NCBI GenBank assembly: GCA_951406725.2 | Contig: OX597823.1 | Location: 18,352,001 to 18,416,000 of the forward strand | Length of the DNA: 64,000 nt | Direction: 5' to 3' | Origin: Octopus vulgaris | Taxonomy: Eukaryota | In this document: piece by piece, positions 37,891 through 51,949 of the stretch | How the letters are laid out: the number at the start of each line of letters is the position of its first letter | How positions within the stretch are numbered: position 1 is the first letter of the stretch | The notes under the pieces: model-generated | Database searches by the model: none | What the model was told of the DNA's origin: nothing | Seen by the model: only the letters and a program-made list of their open reading frames with translations | Program-made: the position numbers and the translations under genes

Positions 37891-40348
37891 TATATAAAAA
37901 ACATTGTTGTGGGTGCTGGTGCCATTTAAAAAGCATTGGCGATGGTGCCACATAAAAAGCACCCAGTACACTCTGTGGAGTGATTGGCTTTAGAAAGAGC
38001 ATCCGGCCATAGAAACCAAACCTAAACAGATTATGAAACCTGGCATGGCCCCTGGCCTTACCAGTTCCTGTCAAGCCTTCCAACCCATGCCAGCATGGAA
38101 AACAGACATCAAATGTTGATGATGATGATGATGGTGATGAAATGCAGATTTATGTTGACAAAAGGGATTAAACAGTTGTTCTTATTTGTTTGTCTCCGAA
38201 TAATGACTTAAGGCATGTGCATAGGACCACAATGTTTGACAGGGAGTGGTGAGTGGTCAGAAGAGATGATTAAATGTCCTCAGGTAGTGGAATAGTACTT
38301 AATTTTATCATTCATGTTGGCACTCTGTCACCACCATCTTTACATTCTTTCCATTTACCCTTCTATAATGCAGCTCTTCTTTAGCAAGTCACTCATACTT
38401 AACCTCTCAACACCTGGTATGAAGCCATCTCCCTCCTCCTCTCTAAAATACATTCTCACCTGGTTGAGGGGAGGTGGGGGATTTCTTTTCTTGTTTTGCA
38501 AGTTACTTGGTGACCTCATTAGTGCCAATGTCACAGAAAAAAGTACCCAGTGTACATAGTAAAGTGACTGCCATTAAAAAGGGTACCCAGCTGTAAAAAC
38601 CATGCCAATGCTGACACTGTAGTTTGATGTAGTCTTGTGACTGGTCAGATCAAACCTATGCCATTGTGCAGCACCTTGAACAGGTGTCTTCTATTATAGT
38701 CCAGGGTCAACAAATACCCCTTAAGGAAAAGACAACTGAAAATCATATTCTCTTTTACGTTTTTACTTGTTTCAGTCATTTGACTGCAGCCATGCTGGAT
38801 CACCACTTTTAGTCAAGCAAATCAACCACAAGACTTATTCTTTGTAAGCCTAGTACTTATTCTATCGGTCTCTTTTGCTGAACCACTAAATTACGGGGAC
38901 ATAAACATACCAGCATTGGTTATCAAATGATGTTAGGGACACAAACAAACAAACACATACATATATATATGTATGTGTATATATATATATATACACATAT
39001 ATACGACGGGCTTCTTTCTGTCTACCAAATCCACGCACAAGGCTTTGGTTAGCCCGAGGCTATAGTAGAAGACATTTGCCCAAGGTGCCACGCAGTGGGA
39101 CTGAACCCGAAACCATGTGGTTGGTAAGCAAGCTATTTACCACACAGCCACTCCTATATAGAATTTTTACATAATAAACTACACATTAATAGTTGTGTGT
39201 GTGCTTTAATATTAGCGGGGGTGGGTAGTATAACAGCATACCTCTTTCCCAAAGTGAACTTCCTTTTCTTTCTAAAATGTCAAACTAGAACCATATGTTG
39301 TAAGTCTTAAATCTAATAGTTGCTTTTTATTATTATTATTTTTGCTTTTCTTTATATATTTGTGTTTGGTCATGTGATACGTATGGATGAGGACAGCTGT
39401 ATAAAGAAGTGACGAGCTCTAATTGTGGAGGGTACCTGTGGAAAGGATAGACCCAGGAAGATGTGGGACGAAGTGGTGAGAAAGGATTTTCGGATGCTGG
39501 GCCTCACTGACGAAATGACAAGGGACCAGGAAATGTGGTGATTTGCAGCACTTGATAATACACGTCAAGCCAAGTAATATCGCTGTCTTCCACATATACA
39601 AGGATTGTCCTTTCAGGTGCTGGTGCCAATTAAAAAGCACCTGTGCTGGTGCTGCATTAACACACCTGTGTCAGTACTGCATAAACACACCCATAATGGT
39701 GACACGTAAAAAGCACCCAATACACTCTACTAAGGGTTTGGCATTAGGAAGGGCATCCAGCCATAGAAATCATGCCACAACAGACAACTGGAGTCCAGAC
39801 AGCTCCCGGTCAGCCAGCTCCACATCAAACCTATTTCTTTATTATCCACAAGGGACTAAACATAGAAGGGACAAACAAGGACAGACATAGGTATTAAGTC
39901 GATTACATCGACCCCAGTGCGTAACTGGTACTTAATTTATCGACCCCGAAAGGATGAAAGGTAAAGTCGACCTCGGCGGAATTTGAACTCACAACGTAAC
40001 GGCAGACAAAATACCGCTAAGCATTTCGCCCGACGTGCTAACGTTTCTACCAGCTCTCCGCCTGCTCCACATCAAACCATACAACCTGTGCCGGCATGGA
40101 GAGCAGACATTAAACGATGCTGATGGTGATGCTTGCTTGAGATTTACCAGAATACAGAAATAGTGTGAGAGATATCGACTGAGCAAAAAGTGATGATACA
40201 CTGACAGCATGTCGTCGTTTTTGGAGGACCATGAGGATATCATAAAATTTTCATGCTAATCAAAGATAGTCTTATATGTTACCTATCCTACTACTATAAC
40301 TACACATATATACATGTGTGAATGTGTGCGTATGTATGTATGTATGTA

Positions 40349-41075
<727 letters not shown>

Positions 41076-41203
41076 ACAAAGGGTAAAATTAATTAATTAA
41101 GAAGTAATCGATAATTTCACCAAGTAGAATTTGGCATGAAAAAGGACCATTTCACGGTAAAGCAAATCTTTACTGAACCCTAATTATAAAGTATATATAT
41201 TTA

Positions 41204-41252
<49 letters not shown>

Positions 41253-41451
41253 TATTATAATCAAGGATTTTATCAGGTAGCTAGCATGTAAAACCTTTTA
41301 GGTAAAAATTAATACAGGGCATATAATTTTTTATAACAATTATAAGGGAAAACTATATGGTACTTCCACATGCTGGCACGTGGCATGATCATGTAGATTT
41401 CACTTATTTTAATTGTTATACCATGTAGTTTACCCTTACTATAATTGTTAT

Positions 41452-41494
<43 letters not shown>

Positions 41495-41495
<1 letters not shown>

Positions 41496-42100
41496 GGCGT
41501 AGAAGTGGCTGTGTGGTAAGTAGCTTGCTTACCAACCACATGGTTCCAGGTTCAGTCCCACTGCGTGGAACCTTGGACAAGTGTCTTGTACTATAGCCTC
41601 AGGCCAACCAAAGCCTTGTGAGTGGATTTGGTAGATAGAAACTGAAAGAAGCCTATTGTATATATGTATATGTATATGTATATATATGTGTGTGTGTATA
41701 CATTTGTGTGTCTGTGTTTGTCCTCCCAACATCGCTTGACAACCAATGCTGGTGTGTTTACGTCCCTGTAACTTAGCAGTTCAGCAAAAGAGACTGATAG
41801 AATAAGTACTAGGCTTACAAAGAATGAGTTCTGGAGTCGATTTGCTCAACTAAGTTACGGGGATGTAAACACACCAGCATTGGTTGTCAAGCAATGTTGG
41901 GGGGACAAACACAGACATACAAACATATACACATAAGATGAGCTTCTTTCAGTTTCTGCCTACCAAATCCACTCACAAGGCTTTAGTTGGCCTGAGGCTA
42001 TAGTAGAAGACACTTGCCCAACGTGCCCCGCAGTGGGATTGAACTTGGAACCATGTGGTTCGCTAGCAAGCTAACTTACCACACAGCCACTCCTACGCCT
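41495..42100. mobile_element. Two family-A SINEs fused tail to tail (+ 41495-41850, - 41850-42100)
   Basis: The forward copy breaks at ...TTGCTCAAC and continues directly as the reverse copy TAAGTTACGGGGATGTAAACACACC... Confidence 0.85.
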
Positions 42101-42629
42101 ATTCAAGATAGAAATTTTAAAAGGGAACACCATTACAATAAAAAAAAGAACATAAAATCAAAACATCTATAATAACAAATGCTACAAACATTGTGAGACA
42201 AAGAATAGGATTGTATACATTGAAGAGATAGGTTTTTAATATCATTATTATTATTATTATCATTATATTATGTAAATTGATGCCAGATGGTATTTAATAG
42301 GCAAAGGTGGTGATGGTGATGATAATGGATGGGGGAGGAGATGATGCAGAATTGAAGCAGCATGTTGCTGCTTGGGTAAAAAGAAATCAAATTTGTTACA
42401 CTTCTGCATGGAAAGAATTGTCTCCGTAGCAGACACCCCGAAAAAGAGAGAGAAACCAAGAAAGAAAAGAAAGTCTCTTGTCTGCTATTGTTTATGATAA
42501 TGTCCTGGTTTTTCTCTAGGTAGAGGTGAGGTAGGGAGGTGTATATGTGTGGGTGTATGTGTGTGTGTGTGTGTCAGAAATTGAACTAAATTACAAACAT
42601 GGAAAAAATTTCAAAATTAAGCAAGATGT

Positions 42630-42665
<36 letters not shown>

Positions 42666-43062
42666 TTATAGTATCCATGTGTATATGTGTGTATGTATAC
42701 AGTAAAGAAATTATTGATATTTTTATTATTAATTTATTCTTGTTGCTGTTATTAGTGGGTGGTAAGTTGGCATAAAAAACAATGTCAGAGTTTATTATAC
42801 AGAGAATTTGATTATTGTTGTTGCTGTTGTTGGTGTTGTTGTTGTTGTAAAGACAGTAAGCTGGTAGAGCCATTAGTACACTAGGCAAAATGGCTTTTGT
42901 CCATCTTCATTACCTGAGTTCAAATTCCATCAAGGTGAACTTTGCCTTTCATCCTTCCAAGCTCCATAAAATAAGTGCCAGTTGAACATCATGGTCAATG
43001 TAATTGACTTCCCCCTCCCCTCAAAAACTGCAAGCCCTGTGCCAAAATTTGACACCATTATT

Positions 43063-43190
43063 ATTGAGTGAGAGAGTAGAGTATGCCATCAGAGCGACAC
43101 TAGGGTAAAATATACGAAGCCTAATATACCCATCATGAATACCTATCTGATAAGGGTACACCATATACATGCATATTATTATCAATATTA

Positions 43191-43224
<34 letters not shown>

Positions 43225-43506
43225 TCATTTAGCGTCTGCTTTCCATGCTAGCATGGGTTGAACGGTTCAACTGGGGTCTGGGAAGCCAGAAGGCTGCACC
43301 AGGCCCAGTTTAATCTGGCAATGTTTCTACGGCTGGATGCCCTTCCTAACGCCAACCACTCCGTGAGTGTAGTGGGTGCTTTTTACGTGCCACCCGCACA
43401 GGTGCCAGACGGAGCTGGCAAACGGCCACGAACGGATGGTGCTTTTACGTGCCACCGGCACGGGGGCCAGGTGAGGCTGGCAACAGCCACAAACGGATGG
43501 TGCTAA

Positions 43507-43552
<46 letters not shown>

Positions 43553-44064
43553 GAGTGAGAGAGTAATGCATGCCATCAAAGTGACACTGGGGTAAAATAA
43601 TACAAAGCCCAGTATACCCATCATGACTACCTGTCTGATAAGGGTACAACAACAAGCACATGCATCACAACCATATGGGCACGACATGGTGATCTCATAT
43701 CAAGATAAACAGCACATGACCTTGCAGGTGGGGCCCAATTAGAATTTTCTTCAGGTCGAGTAGTCCATCCCGCTCAAAAGGTCCCTGAATAAGGATTGTT
43801 TAAGGATGTTGAACAAAACACCCACGTTTCCGAAGGTGAATTATCCAAACCCCAAAGAATTCCTCTCAAAATATGGCTATGATTATTATTATTATTACTA
43901 TTATTGAGTGAGAGAGCAGTGCATGCCATCAAAGTGACACTGGGGTAAAATATACGAAGCCCAGTATACCCATCATGACTACCCGTCTTATAAAGGTACA
44001 CCAGGCACATGCATCACAACCATATGTGCGCAACATGGTGATCTCATATCAAGATAAACAGCAC

Positions 44065-44106
<42 letters not shown>

Positions 44107-44206
44107 AGTGAGAGAGTAATGCATGCCATCAGAGTGACACTGGGGTAAAATATACAAAGCCCAATATACACATCATGACTCCCCGTCTGATAAGGGTACT
44201 AGGCAC
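43063..44206 (-). mobile_element. Cluster of four co-oriented family-D retroposon 3' ends embedded in (ATT)n; fifth copy at 63783-64000
   Basis: Repeated ATTGAGTGAGAGAG...CATGCCATCAAAGTGACACTGGGGTAAAATATACGAAGCCCAGTATACCC at about 43063, 43550, 43902 and 44103, each variably truncated at the far end. Confidence 0.8.
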
Positions 44207-44614
44207 TATTGTTGTTGTTAAATGTGGCCAATTGGCAGAATCACTAAAGTATAAGACAAATCATTTTACAGTGCTTGTCCAGGCTCTTTACAATCCAAGT
44301 TCAAGTCCCACTGAGGCCAACCCCTAAGTTAATAAAATGAAGTACCATGAAGTACTTGGTTCAATGTAATCAAATAATCCTTAGAAGTTGCTAAACTATT
44401 ACCTTAATAAAAAACAATCATTAGCATTATTGGTTGAAAATTTTGCAAAAATTATAATAATGTGTCCAAGGATATAATTTCATCCCTCCATGTTCTTAGT
44501 TCAAATCCAGTCAAGACCATGTTTGACTTCCATCCTTCTAGCATCTGATGAATAACAACCAGTCATTCTGATGAAATGCTGTTAAAAATTTTGTCTGGCA
44601 TGGTGATGATGATA

Positions 44615-44667
<53 letters not shown>

Positions 44668-44705
44668 AATAATAATAATAATAACTCATAATAATAACTA
44701 ATAAT

Positions 44706-45157
44706 AAAAATTATATCCTGTGGGATTTTATGATTCAGTGCGACCATGAGTTAGAGAATAGGAAGCCAGACATAGTTTTAATTGAGAAAGAAAGCAAACT
44801 ATACTGGATCACAGATATAGCATTCCCAGCTGACAACAGGGTATGTGATAAGGAAGAAAGAAAAGTCGATAGATATGACAGGTTAGCTTGGGAGATTAAG
44901 CAGTTGTGGTCAATGTAAAAGGTGGTAACAGTGCCAATAATTGTTGGAGCCCAGGGAACAGTAAGTCAAATCTTGAGAAGTACATGGAACAAATAGGGGC
45001 TGCAATAAGGGTAGAGCACTTGCAGAAAACAACACTGCTTGGAACCGCTTGAATATTCCAGAAGGTGCTCGAAAAATAAGAGGTGTTACCTTAGTTCACT
45101 GGTAGCGAAGAGCGGACACCATAGAAGCTGTGCAAAGAAAATAATAATAATAATAAC
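44706..45157 (+). mobile_element. 5'-truncated R4/Dong-clade non-LTR retrotransposon (restriction-like endonuclease domain, decayed)
   Basis: Translation ILWDFMIQCDHELENRKPDIVLIEKE...DIAFP...KEERKVDRYDRLAWEIKQLW...VPIIVGAQG...LQKTTLLGTA has the R/K-P-D, D-I-A-x-P and K-x-x-x-Y RLE motifs. Stops and a frameshift are present; (TAA)n lies on both sides. Confidence 0.88.
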
Positions 45158-45480
45158 AATACATTTTATTATAGGCAGAAGGCCTGAAATTTTGGGGGAG
45201 TCGATTACATTGACCTCAGTGCTTCACTGGTACTCAAATTATTGACTTTGAAAAGATAAAAGTCAACCTCAGCAGAATTTGAACTCAGAACATGAAAACA
45301 GACAATATGCTGCTAAGCATTTCACCTAGAATGCAAACGATTCTGCTAGCTCACCACCTTAATAATAATAGCAGTGGTTTCAAATTTTGCCACAAGGGCA
45401 GCAATTTCGGAGTTGGGGGATGAGTTGATTACATCGACCCCAGTGTTAAACTGGAACTTATTTTATCAACCCATAAAATA

Positions 45481-45992
45481 CCATAAGTCCTTGAGTATAA
45501 TCCACATATTTTTCCCAAAATTTAAAGGTCAAAATCCCTTGTGCATACTATATACGAGGTTAAAAATGAAAAATATTTTCTAAGCAATGTCCGAGTCTCT
45601 ATTTGCTGTCCAGCAATATTTATTCAGACTCATTTTGTGATGTCGGGTGCGAAAATACCTTAAGCTAAGCCTGAAAGCAATGAAGTCATAAAAGAATCAT
45701 CCATAACTTGCAGTAAGCAACATTTATTAAACGTTATTACTGTTACTTCTTTATTTTCTGCAAACAAAATGCACAAAAAAGCTACACGTTTGCATTATGT
45801 TATGTATACAATAATATTAAAGGACGTTACCATATACATTTTTACAAACCAAAGACGTTATATAGACCTCCTTGACTCAAGTTAGAGAAGGGGTGCGTAT
45901 TAGACACAAGGTTTAGGTTTTTTAGAGGTACAGCCCCCTAAAAATCCCCTGTGAATTATACTCAAGGGCAGACTATACTCAAGGATTTATGG
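45481..45992. mobile_element. pogo/Tigger-like (Tc1-mariner superfamily) MITE
   Basis: TA target duplication and TIR CCATAAGTCCTTGAGTATA / TATACTCAAGGATTTATGG, with subterminal repeats. Confidence 0.8.
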
Positions 45993-48900
45993 TATTTCAA
46001 ACATATAAATGTTTGAAATAATTGAAATCACGTAATCATTCCGGAGCGGGGCCGGAGTGACCATTTCACCTTCATTGTAAAATTTTCATTTTATTCATTT
46101 TTCATGTGCTAATTGTCCTTGCATGTGTGTTTGTCCCCTCTATGTCGGCCTCTTGTGGGCAATAAAAAATCAACTTATTTTATCAACCAATAAAAGGATG
46201 AAAGGTAAAGTCAACCTTGGTGATGTTTGACCTCAGAATGTGAAGACAGACGATATGCTGTTAGGCATTTCACCTGGCATGCTAACGATTCTGCCAGCTT
46301 GCCACATTCATAATAATAATAATAATAATCTTTTCTACTCTAGACACAAGGCCCGAAATTTTTGGAGGAGGAGGCCAGTCGATTAGATCAATCCTCAGTA
46401 CACAACTGGTACTTGATTTATCAACCCCAAAAGGATGAAAGACAAAGGAAAGCAGATATTTTTCTCTCAGTTAAAAGTTTTCCCTTGTTACTTTTTATAC
46501 AAGAGTTTCCATAGTTGTTTTTCCTAATGAGGAGAAATATCTTTGTCAAGAAAAAAAGCACCCATGGCACACTGTAAAGTGGCTGACATTAGGATGGGCA
46601 TCCATCTATAGGAACCTTGGCAAAGCAAACTCTGGAAACCAATGCAGCGCAGAGACGCTAGTTTGTGGTCCTGTCAAACTGTCTAACCTACGTCAGCATG
46701 GAATACGGGTATTAAATGACGATGATTGTTACACACTCATAGACTTATAGGGGTTAGCATCAAATGCAATGTGCAGTCAAATAATTAAGGAACTAACTAA
46801 AATGTCATTGACGTTCACAAAATAATGTTCTGTAAATAAACACGAGCCTCTAATTCCCTCAGATGTTTCAGATTCTGGTTCAAAGATATGGTCATATGTT
46901 TCTCCTTTAGCTTATTATTTTCTTTTGAAGATATTATGTAAAATATAAAGCTGAAAGTTTCTTAATCACTGAAATGTGAATGAAAATTGCAAAGCAACAA
47001 AGTTGTGTTGCATTCCATATGGTGGTTATTGTCACAACGTCCATGGTGCTGCCAGGCTACATCTAGTAATCTGGTAGAAATAAGCGTTACTTAAAACTAA
47101 AACATAACAATTTTTAAGACACTTCAATCTGACTTAATTTTTGTTCTCAAGTGTATATTATTAGATTTGAAAACAAATTATTGCCAGAATATATGGAGAT
47201 AGGAGTGGCTGTGTGGTAAGTAGCTTGTTTACCAACCACATGGTTCCGGGTTCAGTCCCACTACGTGGCACCTTGGGCAAGTGTCTTCTACTATAGCCTC
47301 GGGCCAACCAAAGCCTGTGAGTGGATTTGGTAGACGGAAACTGAAAGAAGCCCGTCGTATATATGTATATATATATATGTATATGTGTGTGTTTGTGTGT
47401 CTGTGTTTGGCCCCTAGCATTGCTTGACAACCGATGCTGGTGTGTTTATGTCCCCGTTACTTAGCGGTTCGGCAAAAGAGACCGATAGAATAAGTACTGG
47501 GCTTACAAAAGAATAAGTCCTGGGGTCGAGTTGCTCGATTAAAGGCGGTGCTCCAGCATGGCCACAGTCAAATGACTGAAAGAAGTAAAAGAGATATTGT
47601 AAGAAGAGAATTATTATGAAGACAATGAGTTTCAGTTAAAAAATTTTTAATGGGCTTAGTCTCACTCTGCGGCATCTTGGGCAAGTGTCTTCTACTATAA
47701 CCCTGGACTGGCCAATGCCATGTGAGCGAATTTGGTAAACGGAAACCGTATGGAAGCCTATCAAGTGTGTGTGTGTGTGTGTGTGCATGTATCTATGTTT
47801 GTTGCCCACCATTTGACAACCAGTGTTGGTTTGTTTACATCCCCATAACTTAGCAGTCTGGCAAAAGAGACTGATAAAATAAGCACCAGACATGATAAAA
47901 AACAAATACTGGTGTTGATTTCTTTGAATACACTATTCAAGACGGTACCCCAGCAAGGCCACAGTCCAATGACTGAATCAAGATAAAATCTATGACCTCC
48001 CACTATAAAATCTTAGAGTTTATCAGACGTAAGTGTAAAAGCCAAAACGAAAGAGTAAACATTATACAAATAACAAGCTGAATATTGATAGAAAGAAGCA
48101 GGGAGAGGAAAGGATGAACGAATCTGAATAATTGGTGAATTAAAAGACTAATTCATCATCATCATCATTGTTTAACGTCCCCTTTCCATGCTAGTATGGG
48201 TTGGACGATTTTGACTGAGGGTTGGTGAGCCAGATGGCTGCACCAGGTTCCAATCTTGATCTGGCCGAGTTTCTACAGCTGGATGCCCTTCCTAAAGCCA
48301 ACCACTCCGAGAGTGTAGTAGGTGCTTTTTACATGCCACCAGCATGGGGGCCAGTCAGGCGGCACTGGCAACAACCTCGCTCAAATCTTTTTACACATGC
48401 CAGTGAAGCGACGTTGGTAACGATCATGTTCGAATGGTGCCCTTTTACATGCCACAGGTACGGAAGCCAGTTGGCTGCTCTGGCAACGATCATGCTCAGA
48501 TGGTGCTCTTAGCACCCTACTACTACTACTAATTAGTTAAGAGAAATGCAGAATGTGAGAAGAAAAGGGTAGATTTCTAAGATGGAAAAAGCGGTGGGTG
48601 ACCCCCTTCGGTTCTGAATGACTATGGGATTGCACCTCAAAAGCTACCCTCTGAGGCACAAGTCCAGGCAAGGTTGTTTATGGAAGGACAGCAGTCACCC
48701 ATGCATACCAGCTTCCTCTCACCATGCCACCAATGTTATCCAAGGGAAAAGCAAAGGCCATTACAGCTTGGCACCTGTGACATTGCAACTCATTTCTACA
48801 GCTGAGTGAACAGGAGCAACGAGGAATAAAGTGTCTTGCTCAAGAACACAACACGCAGCCCAGTCCAGGAATCGAACTCACAACCTCATGATCGTAAGCT

Positions 48901-49571
48901 CAATGCTCTAACCACTGAGCCATGCACCTTCACTTCTAAAATGTAAAAGTGAGTAATAAATAGGTAGATACTGCTAAAATGTTGCTTTGTTGTCTGCCAT
49001 CAGTCAGTTATTCTTGTCACTCCCCCAGTATCACCTTCTACTCAGTACACAATATGCTACAACTAGTAGTGTGTGTGCAATGCTATCTCTGGACAACTTT
49101 CCACAACACTTCATATACCAGGGACCAGGAAAATTAGTTTCACAGTCTAATCCATGATTATATTACTGAGCAGGGCTGATATTTATGAGAAACTTGCTGC
49201 CTTTAGTGAGTGTGCAATACTTAGCTACCACACTAAGGATATATATACAATTTTACAACACTGATACACAACAATGACATCAGAGGTCAACAGTCACTCT
49301 TTTAATTTGGGTTTAATCTGGTTTATCAAACCTTTGGCTCCCATGCAGGTGGCATGTAAAAAGCACCCATTACACTCTCAGAGTGGTTGGAGTAAAGAAG
49401 GGCATCCAGCTGTAGAAACTTTGCCAGATCAGATTGGTGCCTGGTACAGCATCCCGGCTGGCCAGTTCTTAGTCGAACTGTCCAACCCGTGGCAGCATGG
49501 AAAGTGGACGTAAAACGATGATGATGATGCAGCTGTAAGAAGCTTCGAAATCGATTACATTTATATATATA

Positions 49572-49803
49572 CTAGTATTATAACCCGATTTCATTCGGGT
49601 CTACTCGGGCCACATTTTAAAGATGAGGTATTTTACCCTAGAGGCGATACCTTTCAATTGAGCAAACTCAAAGTTGCCATGCAAACTCCCTAGCACTTTT
49701 AACATAGGTGTGCAAATTTTCAAGTCAATCTGACAATATTTTCGAACACTTTTGCCTGCGCAACTGCTTGTGAGACGTCCACCCTTTTCACAAATATATA
49801 GTA
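49572..49803 (-). mobile_element. Second non-autonomous Helitron abutting the first
   Basis: 3' CTAG|T at 49572-49575 next to hairpin ACCCGA tttcat TCGGGT; the 5' end is less clear. Confidence 0.65.
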
Positions 49804-49804
49804 A

Positions 49805-50155
49805 CTAGCAGTATCGCCCGGCGTTGCTCGGATTTTTAAGGGAAATAACTATATAAGCATTTTTAGAGATGTAAAGTATAATAGCCATCTCAATATGGCT
49901 AACCACATAATAAATTTTTAGAGAGTTACTTCCCTTATATATGCCAAAAATGCATTAAAAATGGGGAAAATTGATGGTAAATTTTTTTTTAAATCATATA
50001 CTCATCGTAGACGCACGCTAATACCCAGAAGGGCACGATATGAATCACGACTATAAGATACCCGGTTTTGGTTAAACTGCACCACAAAATGTGGGAGTAG
50101 TTAAGAATCTAAATCGTAGGAGACAGACAGCACACAACCTCACTTTTATATATAA

Positions 50156-50158
<3 letters not shown>
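49805..50158 (-). mobile_element. Non-autonomous Helitron
   Basis: Minus strand A|TCTTTATATATAAAAG...CCGAGCAACGCCGGGCG...CTAG|T: 5' TC, subterminal GC hairpin, 3' CTAG, inserted between A and T with no TSD. Confidence 0.85.
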
Positions 50159-50191
<33 letters not shown>

Positions 50192-50211
50192 GATGTATGT
50201 ATATAAATATA

Positions 50212-50252
<41 letters not shown>

Positions 50253-50328
50253 GATGTATGTATATAAATATATATATGATGTACGATATATATATGATGC
50301 ATGTATATATATATATATATTATGTATG

Positions 50329-50363
<35 letters not shown>

Positions 50364-50365
50364 TA

Positions 50366-50410
<45 letters not shown>

Positions 50411-50427
50411 CGCGCGCGTGTGATGTA

Positions 50428-50466
<39 letters not shown>

Positions 50467-51057
50467 GTTTGATAACTGCCGTTCGACTAACCGGTGTTAC
50501 TGAAGAGTTACTTCCCTTATACAAACCAAACTGTCCTATGGTTGATACAGAAAAGAGCCTTTAACCGTTCAGTTTTTAGTTCATCGAACTACTAAAACTG
50601 GTCGATTTTAGATGATATCGTTTTATGTAAACCCATATGCCTGACACGCCCACACATAACAGCATTCACATATATATATAAACAGCACACATAAGCATAC
50701 AAACAAGATACACAGATACATATATACACATAAAAATCTCATATCACATACACAAACATGTATACTTGCAATGATAGTGACATGTACACACACAGCAAAC
50801 CAACCGCAGAGTACTTCTACATAGTTGCTGGACCTTCCAGAAATAGCAACCAAATTTCCATCAAATAACACTTAAAAATAGAAGTACTCAAACGAATAGG
50901 AAACCCTAGAGACATTGTCTGAATAAAAGTCGTGATGGTCATGGCTGGAAGGGCTTTCATCAAAAACCTGATCAGTGAGAAATGATCAAGTGCTAATCAG
51001 CAACAACAACAACAACAGGAAAGATATCAACACAGTCATGTAGCCATGTCGACTTAC

Positions 51058-51284
51058 CTCATCTGCTGACTGAAGCATGTCTTCTGCTACATGTGAGACA
51101 TTATCTTTGGTCCGAGTCATTTTCCGACTGAGGTTCTCAATGTGTTTCTCCTCTCTCACACAGGGTTCCTCAGATGCCTTCTGCCCAACACTGCCGTTGT
51201 GAGCATCTGGCTGAACCTTGGTGACATCGGATGCTTTTGGTGATGATGTCATCTTTGTAACTTCCTTTCTTTCACTTTCCTCCA
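51058..51284 (-). CDS. Exon C: charged linker running into a probable helical/coiled-coil segment
   Basis: Pyrimidine-rich acceptor ...CAATTCTTAAG|, donor GAG|GTAAGT, 227 nt, phase 1-0. Joins exon B in frame (G+TG=Val). Corresponds to ORF 50986..51285: VEESERKEVTKMTSSPK...KDNVSHVAEDMLQSADE. Confidence 0.9.
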
Positions 51285-51949
51285 CTTAAGAATTGGTATA
51301 AGAATTAATAAAAAAAAATATAAATGATTATTAAGTTAATTGCATAGAACTTTAATGAGAAACTAATGTCAGATCAATAAAATATATAGAAAGGCATTTT
51401 GAGTGAATGTGTGTGTATGACTTACATATATACACTGCAAAAGTAGGTGCGTGCGTGTGTGTGTGTGTGTGTGTGTGTGGAGGCACAATGGCTCAGTGGT
51501 TAGGGCAGCGGAATCACGGTCGGAGGATCGCGGTTTCGATTCCCAAACCGGGTGTTGTGAGTGTTTATTGAGCACAAACACCTAAAGCTCCACATGGCTC
51601 CGGCAGGGGGTGGTGGTGATCCCTGCTGTACTCTTTTGCCACAACTTTCTCTCACTCTTTCTACTGTTGGCCTGCTCACTTAGCCAGCGGGGTGGCGTCA
51701 TTTGAAGGCTAAAACAATGCCAAGCGCATTGTGACCAGCGATGTGTAGCAACATATGATAGCCTGGTCGGTCACGGTGATGATATATATATATAATTAAT
51801 AAGGTAGTCAGAATGTTGGATGATTATATATATATTTCTATTTACATTTTATTTACATTTTTAGGACTTTCTTTCATTATATATAAATATACACACACAC
51901 GTATATATACATATATATATATATAAAAATTCAGAATTCATTAACTAAC

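Noticed and set aside
40147-40255. Possible phase 0-0 minus-strand exon (HENFMISSWSSKNDDML...)
   Set aside because: Weak donor (GTAAAT) and acceptor, and an amino-acid composition unlike the flanking exons.
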